Assembly: GCF_001194135.2 (NCBI RefSeq)
Contig: NC_068993.1
Coordinates: 10,359,215 to 10,423,214, forward strand
DNA from: Octopus bimaculoides
Taxonomy: Eukaryota
Length of the DNA: 64,000 bases
Reading direction: 5' to 3'
Part shown: positions 1-12,690 of the stretch, piece after piece
Layout: the number at the start of each line of letters is the position of its first letter
How positions within the stretch are numbered: position 1 is the first letter of the stretch
Position numbers and translations under genes: made by a program
Notes under the pieces: generated by a model
Database searches by the model: none
What the model was told of the DNA's origin: nothing
What the model saw: the letters and a program-made list of their open reading frames with translations, nothing else

Positions 1-400
1 CTGCAAAATATAAGTTAGGACATTGTCCATCAAGCGTCTTTTGGATTTTATAAAAAAAAAAAAAAAATGCTTGGGCAGAGAGAAACTATGCAAATGGGGA
101 GTGTGTGTGTATGTTTGTGTGTAAGGAGATCCATGTGCCACACTAATGCTCACACCTAAATGGAGACTTATTTATATTTCACTTCTGATTATTATCATCA
201 TCATCATAATTTCTTTTTACATTATAATCAGAATATGTTTCCTCCATCAACTCATCTTCCAAATCAAACAGATGGAGTGATAATTTACAAATAATATATA
301 TATAAGCCACATCAGATACCATGATGAATTTAAGGTAACAGAGGTGGTCAGACTCTACATAAAGAGTACACAACCACCATATATATATTATATTGATTTC

Positions 401-442
<42 letters not shown>

Positions 443-1228
443 GTAACTTTAGATTTTCATTTTCCTCTAACATTGACATGAAACAGGAATTATTATTATT
501 ATTACTATTATTATTAAACATAATAATAATAATATAAAGTACACCCCCCCAGCTCTCCAACTTTTTACCATTATTATGAAATTTCCAGTATGTGTGTGAT
601 TTGTTGTTTATAATTTATGTAACAAAAATCGTTTCATACATATATATGATAGAACTAGAATTCATGTGGGAGTCTTTTGAAAGACATTTCCAGACATCAT
701 CAAAATGATATCTTTTAGTCTTTACTGCAGATGACAATTATTATTTTGTTTGTTCCATTTTGTTCTTGTATTTTTACTTTTTAGTCGAAAATTAACCAGA
801 AACTATTGGTAAAAAAAAAATTTAGAAAAAAAAAAATTGAAGTAAAATAAAATTAAAGATGGGAGAGGGGGTGGAGAGGGAGATGGAGGAGAAAGCCTAG
901 GGTGGCACATCGATGGAAGAGTACAAACAAACAAGGAGAGGAGCAATGGGGAGAGGGAAGAGTTGAAGATTACTGGGAGTCAGCTATACCAGCAGTTAGA
1001 GAGGTGGAGGACTGCCCTAGTCAATTAAGACAAAAGAGAAATAATAATAATAATGAGACCGACTAGGAAGTCTGCTTATTTTTTTTTTTTTAAAATGTTT
1101 GTTTGTTGCAGTAGTAATAAAAAACAGATGATCGTTTTTCAGCCACTTGGCTATGGTAATAGCAGGCATCGAGGAAACGATAAAGATGTTGTGAACACTG
1201 GTATATCGCACACATTCTCACTGTAACA
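1..1228 (-). other. cora: Probable non-coding terminal (3' UTR) exon of the 4.1 gene; 3' end not seen
   Basis: A strong donor 29 nt after the stop needs a downstream acceptor, and ttcttttttcag| at 1229-1240 is the best one. I saw no clear polyadenylation hexamer. Confidence 0.55.
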
Positions 1229-1444
1229 CTGAAAAAAGAAATTGGAAATATATTATTATTATTATTATTACTATTATTATTATCTGTGAAATATAATAAT
1301 AATTGCTTCGAATTTCTCGAAAGAGTGAAAAGCTAAGTTGATCTTGGTGGCATCTAAGTTCAGAATGTTAAGTCAGAAGGAATGCCACTAAGTATTTTGT
1401 GAAGTGTGCTAAAGATTGTCAGCTTGCTGCCATAATAATAATAA

Positions 1445-1765
1445 TTCATCACCGTTTAACATCTGCCTTCCATGCTAGCATGGGTTGGATGATTTGACCG
1501 AGGAATGGCAAGCCAGAAGGCTGCACCAGGCTCCAATCTGATCTAGCAGAGTTTCTACAGCTGGATTCCCTTCTTCACACCAACCACTCCGAGAGTGTAG
1601 TGGGGTGCTTTTACATGCCACCGGCACGAGGGCCAGTCTGGTGGTACTGGCAACAGCTACGCTCAAATGGTCTCTTTTTTACGTGCCACCTGCACAGGAG
1701 CCAGTCCAGTGGCACTGGCAACGACCTCACTCGAATGTTTTTTCATGTGCCACCGGCACAAGGAT
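1445..1765 (-). mobile_element. RTE-associated SINE (Ceph-SINE-like) with (TGA/TTA)n tail
   Basis: Shares ttccatgctagcatgggttgga...gctgga..cccttc with copies at ~20020-20340, 34115-34215, 36595-36695 and, on the opposite strand, 60240-60465. Confidence 0.7.
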
Positions 1766-1769
1766 AACA

Positions 1770-2460
1770 ATTTTGAGGGGTGGGGAAGCTGATTACATCA
1801 ACCTCCAGCTCTCAACTGGAACACGTATTTCATTGACTCCAAAAGGATGAAAGGCAGAGTTGTGCTCGGCAGAATTTTAACAAAGAATGTAAAGCTGGAT
1901 AAAATGTTGCCAAGTATAATAATAATCCTTTCTACTAAAGGCGAAAGGCCTGAAATTTGGCAGGAGGGGACTAATCAATTACATAGACCCCCAGTGTTTC
2001 ACTGGTACTTAATTTATTGACTCCAAAAGGATGAAAGGCAAAGTTGACCTCGGCAGAATTTGAACTCAGAACGTAGAGATGGATAAAACGCTGCTAAGCA
2101 TTTTGTCCAGTGTGCTGACGGTTCTGCCAGCTCACCACCTTAATAATAATAATCCTTTCTACTGTTGGCACAAGGCCTGAAATATTGAGGAGGGGGTGAG
2201 TCAATCACATTGACCCCAAAAGGATGAAAAGTAAAGTTAACCTCAGCGGAATTTGAACTCAGAATGTAGCTACAGGCAAAATGCAGCTAATCATTTCGCC
2301 TGGCGTGCTAACGATTCTGCCAGCTCACCGACTTAATAATAATAATAATAATCCTTTCTACTAAAGGCGCCATGCCTGAAATTTGTTGGGAGAGGACTAG
2401 TTGATTACATTGACAGTGTTTCACTGGTATTTAATTTATTGACCCTGAAAGGGTTAACTA
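1770..2460 (-). mobile_element. Head-to-tail array of about 4 copies of tRNA-derived SINE family A
   Basis: Repeated (AAT)n-cctttctact...aggcctgaaat...gaaaggatgaaaggcaaag...gaatttgaactcagaa unit. The reverse strand has A-box- and B-box-like (GTTCAAATTC) motifs. Confidence 0.85.
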
Positions 2461-2782
2461 AAAGCCTGAAAACAAGCAATGGAAGTTTTAATTGAGGCAG
2501 CAATAATCGATTCTTAACAGTAGCATAATGAGTCAAATGTTTGGTTGATTAAATTGACCTTCAAAATCGATTGGTACTTTATTTTATCAACCTTGGAATG
2601 ATGAAAGGTAAAAGTCGACAGCATAAGGATTTGAGCTTGGGGATATGAAGGTCCTGTAACTAAATGCTGCACTACATTTATCTGATGTTATGAATCTGCC
2701 AAAAAGCCATAAGATAAGTCAGCAAGGGTAACTCTGTGCAAACGAACAAGGCAGCTTGTATATGGTCAGTTGTTAACAATAC

Positions 2783-3184
2783 TCTTTTACTTGTTTCAGT
2801 CATTTGACTGCGGCCATGCTGGAGCACCGCATTTAGTCGAGCAAATCGACCCCAGGACTTATTCTTTGTAAGCCTAGTACTTATTCTGTTGGTCTCTTTT
2901 GCCGAACCACTAAGTTACGGGGATGTAAACATACCACCATCGGTTGTCAAGCGATGTTGTCAAGGGACAAACACAGACACACAAACATATACACACACAT
3001 ACATATATATATAGATATATACGACAGGCTTCTTTCAGTTTCCGTCTACCAAATCCACTCACAAGGCTTTGGTCAGCCTGAGGCTATAGTAGAAGACACT
3101 TGTCCAAGATGCCACGCAGTGGGAATGAACCCGGAACCATGTGGTTGGTAAGCAAGCTACTTACCACACAGCCACTCCTGCACC
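2783..3184 (-). mobile_element. Full-length composite tRNA-derived SINE family B (CORE-like head, central (TA)/(TG) microsatellite, AAAGAGT tail)
   Basis: tRNA-like head at ~3184-3110 and CORE-like cttggacaagtgtctt. Sibling copies at 16820-17152 (+), 45020-45335, 50338-50690 (+), 58760-59075, 61570-61905 and 63155-63585. Confidence 0.85.
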
Positions 3185-3396
3185 TAGTAGTTAAATTTCC
3201 TTTGAATGACGCTTCAGTTGTTTGTTTAACATCCATATTACGATGCTCGCATGGCTTGTATAGAAAGTCATTTTGAAGTAGGGTTTTACAACCAGAGTGG
3301 AATGCTTTTGAACAACACCAACATAAACAAATTTAAAGGAAGTATAAGTGAGAGGGGCTATACTTACTGAAGGGTCTCAAACAATACTGAAAGATG

Positions 3397-3498
3397 TTAG
3401 TTATCATTTACTTCTTCAATTTCCCTCATGTATTCTATTTTTTCCACAGACAAGTCAGGGTTCATCTGTGTTACAGAACGGATTGCCTCTGCAAGTGC
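3397..3498 (-). CDS. cora: Last coding exon ALAEAIRSVTQMNPDLSVEKIEYMREIEEVNDN*
   Basis: Not in the ORF track. ctttgattccag|GCA acceptor, TAA at 3399-3397, ALA.AI......PD.SV.K motif. The exon continues 29 nt to the donor CA|GTAAGT at 3367. Confidence 0.95.
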   Translation of the reverse strand, partial: ALAEAIRSVTQMNPDLSVEKIEYMREIEEVNDN

Positions 3499-4333
3499 CT
3501 GGAATCAAAGAGCAACACAACAAATAAATCATAGTATTTACTAGTAAATTAGGAAGGAGATAGGTGAATAGATGGAAGTCGAAATGCTTGATTGAGGAAG
3601 TAACAAGCCAACCAGAAGTAAGATGTCAGGAAACCAGAGACAGAGGAAGGTGTTGTAGTTAGATTGTAACTGCAAGCGAATACTGGCACCTCCAAATAAA
3701 CCTTATTGGCATGACTTGATTAACTCAACAGCCAAGCATAGAGTACATTTAGGAGAGGTGGGTCAGACTTCCAAATAAAATTATATATATATAATCTGAA
3801 CAGTGGATCAGAGGTTCAATGAAACAAATCAAAAAAGATTGAAGATGCAGATGTTAATTTTAAATGCCAACAGTAGATTTGAAAAGCTAATCTAGGAGCA
3901 GGAAGCCTGTGTGTTTTTATCACTTTGGCTATCTGCTTTTGAATTTTGAGATCTTTTCAAAAATGATTCTTCTTCTAAAGGTTCAAGAGTCATCCTCATC
4001 TCCATTATCATTGCTTAACGTCTGTTTTCCATGCTGGCAGGCGTTGCAGGGATTGTCATCCCCAAGAAAAAACACCAATAGGTCACACGCTTCATGTCTT
4101 CACCAGATACAATACAAATATATCACAGGTTTTGATCACAAGAGGATTTCAGCTTAGTACTACAAACTACAAACTTAATAGCTTCCAATTATACATTAAA
4201 CCCACAACTTAGAACAGATAACTCTAACACCTCCAAATGTTTCTTCATTTCTTACTTGCTTCCAAAAATGATCACAGAATCTGCCCCCACCCCACAAAAA
4301 AAAAAGCAACAAACAACACAAAGGTTTACTCAC

Positions 4334-4423
4334 GGCATCATAATCAATATCATCATTATCACTGGTTATGGTCACTTTCTTTTCTACTCGTGTCTCGATC
4401 ATTCCATCCTTCTCAGTTCGATA
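4334..4423 (-). CDS. cora: 4.1 CTD exon YRTEKDGMIETRVEKKVTITSDNDDIDYDA
   Basis: caacttcag|TAT ... GCC|GTGAGT, 90 nt, phase 0-0. ETR.EK...I..D.DID.D motif of the 4.1 CTD. Confidence 0.96.
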
Positions 4424-7400
4424 CTGAAGTTGCAGGAGGTGGAGGGGAGAGGAGAAAAAATAAAACAAAAGAACATACAAAAATACATGAAGATACTAAT
4501 CATAGAAACGTGTGCTTATTATGCATTCAAATATTTTCCTCTTCTTTTTAAAAAAACAATTTTTATATTAGAGCAGAACAATAAAAAAAAATTAAAAAAT
4601 GAAAAAAACCTGAAGAGACAACAAAATATATTTTTCTTTCAAATACGGATAAATTTATATTAAAAAACAACTTAAACATGGTTAAATAAATTTCCACTTG
4701 ATACAGAAATTTTCCAAAAAGCCTAATTCTATATGAAAGTTCAAAAGAATTATTCTAAATCAGCTTGTTCCTAATACTTTTCTTTTCTATGAAATTATAT
4801 AACACACACACACATATATATGTATGTACTTATTAAGTAAAATGAGGACAAAAGATTAAGATTTTTGATGTTTCTTTTAAAAAAAGGAAGTTAATCTAAT
4901 CTAATTCCTAATTAAAATATTATTTTAAGTTTTCACGGAACAAAAATAATATCGATGTCCTAATTATAAAATCATAATATTATCCCTAAAGTCTGGTTAT
5001 TTCATAAACTACTCTGGCAGTTTCGAACATTTTGCTTTATATCAATTATTTTTACAATTAAAATTTTAATACCTAAAACATCGAAACAAAACAAAAAGCT
5101 TCAGGGTTGAAAAAGACAAAAAAAAGGACCATTCTTAGGAACCTAAAGAAGTTTTTTAAAAGGACAGTACTTAGCACCATTTTAATATTAATTACATTAC
5201 ATCAAGTCTTCACTGGTTAAGCACAGGTGACATTCTCATATGAGAAAGTACACATTTAAGACACAGAGAGAGTTAAGTGTGTTACTGAAACACACATGTT
5301 ATAGTCAAGTACCACTCAATCAAATCTTTTATTTATTTGAAGCCAGTAACTGAAATGAAGATTTTTGTAACTTGAGGCAAACAATGTAATAGTTTTGCCT
5401 TTTGAATAGAGGGTTTAAAACTATATATATCTATATCTATATATATATATATATATTATAGTTATTTGTTTCATGATTGCTTGATTCATCAGGCAGACAT
5501 TATCTGGAAAGAAAACAAAGGTTCTAATCCAAAGTGACACCAGAGTGCCACTATTTCATTGCTTAACGCAAGTCCTGAGAGTCACATGTGAAGGGAGGTA
5601 ATTCTCAACTGAAGAGTTTTCAGAAAAACATTTGGGGAGAGGGCAACTGTACTTCACTTGATAATATAATTAGTAAAGAAATGATTCAGCATCATGGAAT
5701 ATCTTGATAGTACTCTAAGGTATCGGTTATAAATTCAACCAGTCTGTAATTCAAAGTCCATGAGCATTTTCGAAAGCTGGAAGTTTCTCTTGCAAGTACT
5801 CTTTACGTTATAAATGGTACAATAAATATTACTACTTGAATATTATTTTAATGTGCATGCTAAATGGAGCATTCTTTAACTCGACAAAGAATGCTCAGTT
5901 TAGTAAGTAAAATAAAATTTAAATCACAGAGAAGTAGTAATATTTATCTAATAAATATATTCACTCCAACAACATACTGAGGACTTCATTCTGTTCATGA
6001 AATCATTTACAAATTATATAACAGATACATCACAACTGAGTTTTGCCATAAAATGGCTCTTCAGGTAATTTGAGATAGATGAGATCCATTGTTCTGCATG
6101 ACTTATGTCAATTCTTAAGACAAGAATAGAGGTAATCCATTGTGTTACAATGATGGTGTGTTTAAACTATGCAGTGTATGTTTTCATTGCCAGCTACATT
6201 TACAGGATTCCCAAGGCATGTGTGTGTGCATGTTTGGTGAATGTGAACAGGTTTGTTCTATGGAGATGTTTGTGTATGTGCGGATTTATTTATGTCAGTG
6301 TTGGTAGTGTTGAATAGCTTATTTTGAGAGTCTGGGTTAAAGATTTTTCTGCACTTGTGTCTGGAACAAAAGTGAGTTGTAACAAGATGCAGGGATCTTT
6401 TGTCCATTTGGTTGTGTGCATATGGTAGTTGTTGGATGTTATTTCACTATAAGATATTGCAAACATTTTCCTGTCAAACTAATAAGTAGATTTCTAAGAA
6501 CACATTGAGAGCTATTTGAATTTCTATCTATGTACAAGATAGAGTCATTTGTTATAATATACAGCTGAAATATTTCGTCATTAAAGCTGAATGTTATGTC
6601 TAAGAAATTGACTACATATTGTAATTTAAAGTTCAGTATGGTTGAATAGTTTAGTTTTATGCTTCCTGAACTTATCTGTGAGCTGCTAACGTATCTTTGA
6701 AGATTGTCATCTCAATATGTTCCTCCATTAGTAGTATGGAATCTTGTTTAAGCTGAAAATGCATAATTCAATTAAATTTCCAAAGAATCTGAATTTCATG
6801 CTGACATCAAAGAGATTTGTGTTATATTAACTAACACAGCATTAATTATATGGGAATGACTGCCAATTAATTTAAGAATAGATTATCAACATAATTACTC
6901 ATTTTGGATACACAGGCACATACATTAAACCTGTCAAACACTGGCACAAATATGTTCACATTTACTGTCAACAGAATTTTATGAATACAACAGCCAATGA
7001 AATCACAAACTGCCCAATTCAAATACACTATCACCATAACAGCAGGTCACCTCTATTCTTGCCATATGCATATGGTGCTTCTCTCTCATTACCAGAAGTG
7101 CTATATTATGCTGTCAACAATATTGTAATATCCACCTATTTATATATAATACAAACATTACTCTGCAAATTAACACTGAGTTTGTTTTTTTAATCATATT
7201 GGTACTTAGTTGTTTCCAATGTAATATCACATAGAACAAAATCCAAAGAAACATCAACCAATTTTCATGACATAACTAATGAACTGTCCATGGAGGTGAC
7301 ATGATAAAATACATTAGAATTCAGTGCTTGACCAGCAGGACTGAAAAAGTAGCCAAAGTGATAGAAAAAAAAGATGAAAAAAAAAAAACACACACACACA

Positions 7401-8064
7401 CACACACAAAAGCATTCAGTAGAAATAAAAATGGAAGGGCTAAAATGTGAAGCAGCGTGAAAGTAAAAATTGATTGAAGCATACCAAATAGATTCCGGTT
7501 TAGATAGAAAAAATGGTTATGTAACAGAACATGTGGATGGAATTTGTTATTGTAAGAACATTTGATTCCAGTAAACTGATAGCAAAGCTAATCCCCTCCC
7601 CTGTGCACACAAACAGAATACTATAAAGTATGATAGCATGCTAATCTATGATAAACATGGAAAAAAATTGGACTGGGTTTACAATGGAATAAAGAAGTGA
7701 TGACATATCAATTCTATTCTTTATGTATTTGATAAAGTTGAAGATAACTGAGGAGAAGATTATTTATTTTTTTTAATTAGAAAAGATAAAAACTGATTCT
7801 GTTATACATTTCCCTCTCTAAAAGAAGACTGAAAACAGATATATAGACCCCAGCCTCCTATTTTTCAAGTAAAATTATGTCTAATGAGCCTGAAGGATTG
7901 CTTGGAGACACAAAGCATGTTATATAAATCTACCAAACTATTGTTTCCATAGGATGAAGCTCAGTAGCTTACATTTAAATACTGTGTTATATATCAAATG
8001 ATATTTACCACTCACTAGATGGAGTATTTTATTTTTTGTTAACTCTACCTATAATAGAGCAGCA

Positions 8065-8119
<55 letters not shown>

Positions 8120-9540
8120 ATTTACTTTACTTCTCAAATATAATGTTAAATGTTGAGTAAAATATGCATTTATATATTTAAGGAGATTAAAAAGAAATGG
8201 AAATATTCTATCTTAAATGTCTCAATGGTTATCAGGAATTACAAAAGGAAACAAATAGTAGGGATATTTTAACTAATTACAGAATACAGAAGAAGAAAAA
8301 AAATCGAAGTTTGCAATTAACTCATTAGAAAAGAATCATTAAAGAATTAAACAAGAATAGACACACATTTAATTTGAGCAATTTCAAGCCAACAGGGCAG
8401 CCTCTACAGTGTCATTGCACCTGCTAGAAATAACAGCTAAATCTCACTTAAATTGCAGCCTGTAGCCGTTTTTTAAAAAATTTTTCCAAGAGGATCTTTG
8501 GTTAACAAAAAGACAAGATTGTCACGGATAGAATGCTTCTGATTATAAGGCTGATATGGGGTGGGGGCTAAACAAGGATAACTATTTGAATTATTCTCAG
8601 TAATCAGAAATAATCTAAAGCACTCTTGGAGTAAAAACAACAGACTGACGACAGCCAATTCTAAGAATCAGAGACTTTTAAACTAACAGCAAGATGAAGT
8701 TGACTGAAACAGCACCAGTCTTTGGTTTATTTTAAAGATGGCACTTGAAACGTTTCTGCAGAAGTACTATGGAAGATCTCCCACAAGGTCCTGTCTTGAT
8801 TGTGGCATGGCGATTTGTGTGTCTCAATGACCTTGAGAACTATGCCAGTAGAACACAAGCTGCTGATAGAGGACTTCTTATGTTGGACAGAGGCCAGACT
8901 AATAGGGACCACTTCTCAGAGGTATAAAAATGGGTCTGTGAAGGCGCAACACTCCTATCTACAAATGGCAAAATTACTGAAGCACTGATGACAATTGAAA
9001 ACCAACAATACTTGGGATAAGAAGGCCTTCCTTCAGGGACACATATAATCTGGAATGCACAAAGGGGGCAGAAAAGAAGATGCCCTAAAAATAACTGAAG
9101 ATAGAGGTGTAAAAATAGGGATACAACTGGAGAGAAGTAGAAAAGACGACCCAGAAATGAAAACAGTGGCAACATGTTGTCGACCCAGAGATGAAAACAG
9201 TGGCAACATGTTGTCGACAGCCTGTGGTCCACAGGGAGTACAGGGCTTAAGTTGTAAGCACTATGAAAGGAGACAGTTGTATTTAGATTGTCACTAGAAA
9301 GTTACAGAAACAACTGGGACAATAAAACTAAGGAAGAATTTCTTTGGAGATTCAGAAAGCAAGAGACAGTTCAGTATTTTACTCAGAGACAAAACAATGT
9401 CTGCAGATAGATATGAACTACTAATCCAGTGACATCTGAAGAGAACAGTACCTAACTTACATGACCATTGCAGTGCCCCTTCACTTGGAATAATAATGAC
9501 TTCTCATCCATGCTTCAGAGTGGCACAAAATCAGTTTATG

Positions 9541-9574
<34 letters not shown>

Positions 9575-10399
9575 GAGAGTGTGTGTGTGTATGTCAGTCA
9601 ATCAGACTGATTTGGTGCTTCATGGTATTTGTTGATTTCTGACTGAGGTGGGCAAAAGAACAAAGTGATTCAAACACAAAATATAATCAAAATTTAATAA
9701 TATCACCAGGGTCTCTGATCTGGCATTCTGTGACTAACTTACTGCCGAAGATGAAATATCTTTAAGACCAAGTAACAACAATCAACATTAAAACAATGCT
9801 GATCCAAAGATCCAAAAAGTCAGAGATCAAACAAATGGAAGAAAACAAAAAAACTATTTTTGATATCAACTGAATAAACTAAATTTTGATATTAAAAATG
9901 ATTTATAAACAGAGGACAACAACAATGACAGCCAAACAGAAAAACGATCAAATACACTAAAGCCGAAGTGAGCAAAACTACAGAAGAAGAAAATAACTAC
10001 ATAAAGAGAACAAGCCACATACATCTTGTATGTGTGTGGCTATACATATATCTGTGTGTGTGAGTTTATCAAAGTACTTACCATCAGTTTACTCTGAAGT
10101 TATACTTTTTACCAATTTAAAGATCTGTATGAAAACCCATTCTACATCATAAAGTAATGTGTGAAGATTCTTGTGTCAGTCCAAGTTAGTAAAGCTACAT
10201 GGAAAGTCAGCTATGCAGACATACTAACCTATGACTAATTATACACTATTAGTTCAACTAGAGATAAAATAAATATATTATCCACTAGTAGAGGAATGAA
10301 TAAGTTAGTTACACTATTTAGATATGAAGAGTAAAAGAAAAACCACTTAGTCCATTCATATAATATGGGTGTATATACATACATATATACACATATATA

Positions 10400-10765
10400 C
10401 AGGGTGATTCAAAAGTCTCCATACATAGGAAAAATTTATTTTTTTTATAAGAAACAGTTTATAAGATCCCCTGATCTGACCTCCACTTGATTTCTATCTT
10501 TGAGGGCATTTGAAAGGCATGGTGTATCGTGGAAAGATAAAAGACATAGATCATTTGAAGGAACGCATCACCAACTCATTTGCACACGTTTCACCAGATG
10601 TGCTATTACGAGTTCACAGTGAGTGGGGTAAACGTATTACGATGTGTATTCAAAACAATGGTAACCATATAGAGCCTGTTAAATAAAAAAAAAAACTGTT
10701 CTCATAAACTGTTTCTTATAGAACAATAAATTATTCCAATGTATGGTGAATTTTGAATCACCCTG
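10400..10765 (+). mobile_element. Internally deleted Tc1/mariner-superfamily transposon with transposase C-terminal remnant
   Basis: TIRs CAGGGTGATTCAAAA / TTTTGAATCACCCTG with TA on both flanks. The interior reads SPDLT(+1)PLDFYL*GHLKGMVYRGKIKDIDHLKERITNSF...KRITMCIQNNGNHIE. Confidence 0.92.
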
Positions 10766-10825
10766 TATACACACACACACATATACATATATGTATATAT
10801 ATGTGTGTATATGTATGAATACGCA

Positions 10826-10864
<39 letters not shown>

Positions 10865-11277
10865 TGTTGAAACTAGGAGCAAATGGTTTTTGCTATCACT
10901 AAACTAAGGCAACAAGGAAAGAAATAAAAGTAAATTTTTAACTCTTTATGCGGGACCCTAGCATATGGTAACTTCAACACTGGCAGGATTAAAAAAAAAA
11001 CAAAAAAAACCTCCTCTATGATGCCTTTTCCTATGAAGCTCAAAATATATATTTATTTTGCTTAATGGTTAACTCAATGCTAACTAACCAGACCAATACA
11101 TTATTTTATTTCCGTAAAGTAGGTAAACCTGTCACAGCCAGTATACGACAGTATAAACATGTAAGACTAAAAGAACCGAGTCTTAAGTTGTGTCAGAATA
11201 AGCAATCTACTGTCAGTTCTTTTGCTCTGTATAGTCAGTCTAATTGGTCAAATACTTTGGATATCAATGGTATATTC

Positions 11278-11640
11278 AACCCTTTAGCATTCAGATTATT
11301 CTGACAAATGCAATGCTTATTCATTCATATTGTTTTGAATTAATCAGGCATTATCTTGTATTGCATTATGACATTGTTGGGTAGGTGTGAAGATCTGGAT
11401 CTGACTGGTTTAAATATACAACAGGTAGAAAATTTGGGCTGAATATGGTCAGCTGAAATCATAAAGGGTCAACCCGTTAGCATTTAAGCCTATTTCATGT
11501 TCAAACTGGTCAAATCTAGCCTCTCACACCAATACTACAATGTCAATCCGAAAATAAACAATCACATCATCAAAGGTTCAAAGCCATGACATAATGCACA
11601 ATTAATTCAAAACAATGGGGTTAAACAAGCACCACATTTG
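11278..11640. mobile_element. Two adjacent, oppositely oriented piggyBac-like MITEs
   Basis: Ends CCCTTTAGC...AAAGGG then CCCGTTAGC around a degenerate TTAA (TCAA). Related copies at ~13330-13550 and 28990-29200. Confidence 0.6.
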
Positions 11641-12480
11641 AGACTGTTCTAGAAACTCGAGACACTAGTTTGATTCTTAACCATAAATTTATTATAATTT
11701 TTTTATAGATTTGTTACTCTTCATTAGAATTTGAATGTTTTATATAATTCTAGAATCCAATATTTTATTTTTAAAGAAGGTTTAAGATAGAATGAAAAAA
11801 AAAAAAAAATGATAGCTATTTTAAAAATAGTTTTAAACAAATGGTCAGTCATTTGAATGGCAATAATTAATTGGGTAGGGATTCTGTAAAAGGTGGATAA
11901 ATTCAGTAAAAGATCTCTAAGTCCTAATAAGCTTGGAGAGAGAAAAAAAATAATAATAAAACCTATTCCCCATTAAAATATAGAAGTCAAGCTTGTCAGT
12001 AACAACAGTATTAACAATAACAACAACAACAAAAGTATTGACAAATGAATAAAGAAAAAAAATAAAATAAAACAACACGCAGATCTTTGTTCTGCCAACC
12101 AAAATTGTAGTGGTAAAGTTTGCTGAAAAAAAAAAAAATTTCATTCATTTACATGCCATAGAAAAACTAAGTAAAGCAAGCAATAAAAAAAAAGGATTTG
12201 AAAAAAAAAACACCCCAAAAGCAGCAAGATGCGGAGAAATGGAAAAAAAAAACCAAACATGTGGGTTTGGAAGGGAATTCAAAATGAAGAGGCAACCAGT
12301 TGGGTGGATCGGGGCAGGGGAAAGAGAGATATTTTATAAGAACCATCCGTAGCAAGGCAACAACAGCAAGCATTCAAATTGGCTTCTACAGTTTTTTTTT
12401 TAATCTTGGTTCTTTTTTTTTGCTTTTTAGTTATAATTTTTCCCATTTTTTTTTTGTTTTGTTTTTCATGATGAACTTAC

Positions 12481-12690
12481 AGTAGTTGTTTCAATCGTCT
12501 GTGTTTTTGAACTATGAGCTTGCGAACTGACCAAGACCCCGTCTTCAGACATAGGCTGGCCTTCTACACCCTCTCTTTGGTAAGACACTTTCCTGGTCTC
12601 TGTCTTTACTATGGGCACATTCTTGGTAGATATTGGCATTTCACTTAAATCTGGGGTATATTTGATACTTTCCGTTGCAATTGTGGGGGG
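12481..12690 (-). CDS. cora: Start of 4.1 C-terminal domain (PPTIATESIKY...VPIVKTETRKVSY...DGVLVSSQAHSSKTQTIETTT)
   Basis: Not in the ORF track. ctcctacag|CCC ... ACT|GTAAGT, 210 nt, phase 0-0. VPIVKTET...SSQ...S.TQT.ETTT is typical of the EPB41/Coracle CTD. Confidence 0.94.

Noticed and set aside
179-373. ORF ending in an acidic tail (DELMEETYSDY...DDDDNNQK)
   Set aside because: No acceptor or ATG context. It is explained by an (ATG/ATT)n microsatellite in the probable 3' UTR.
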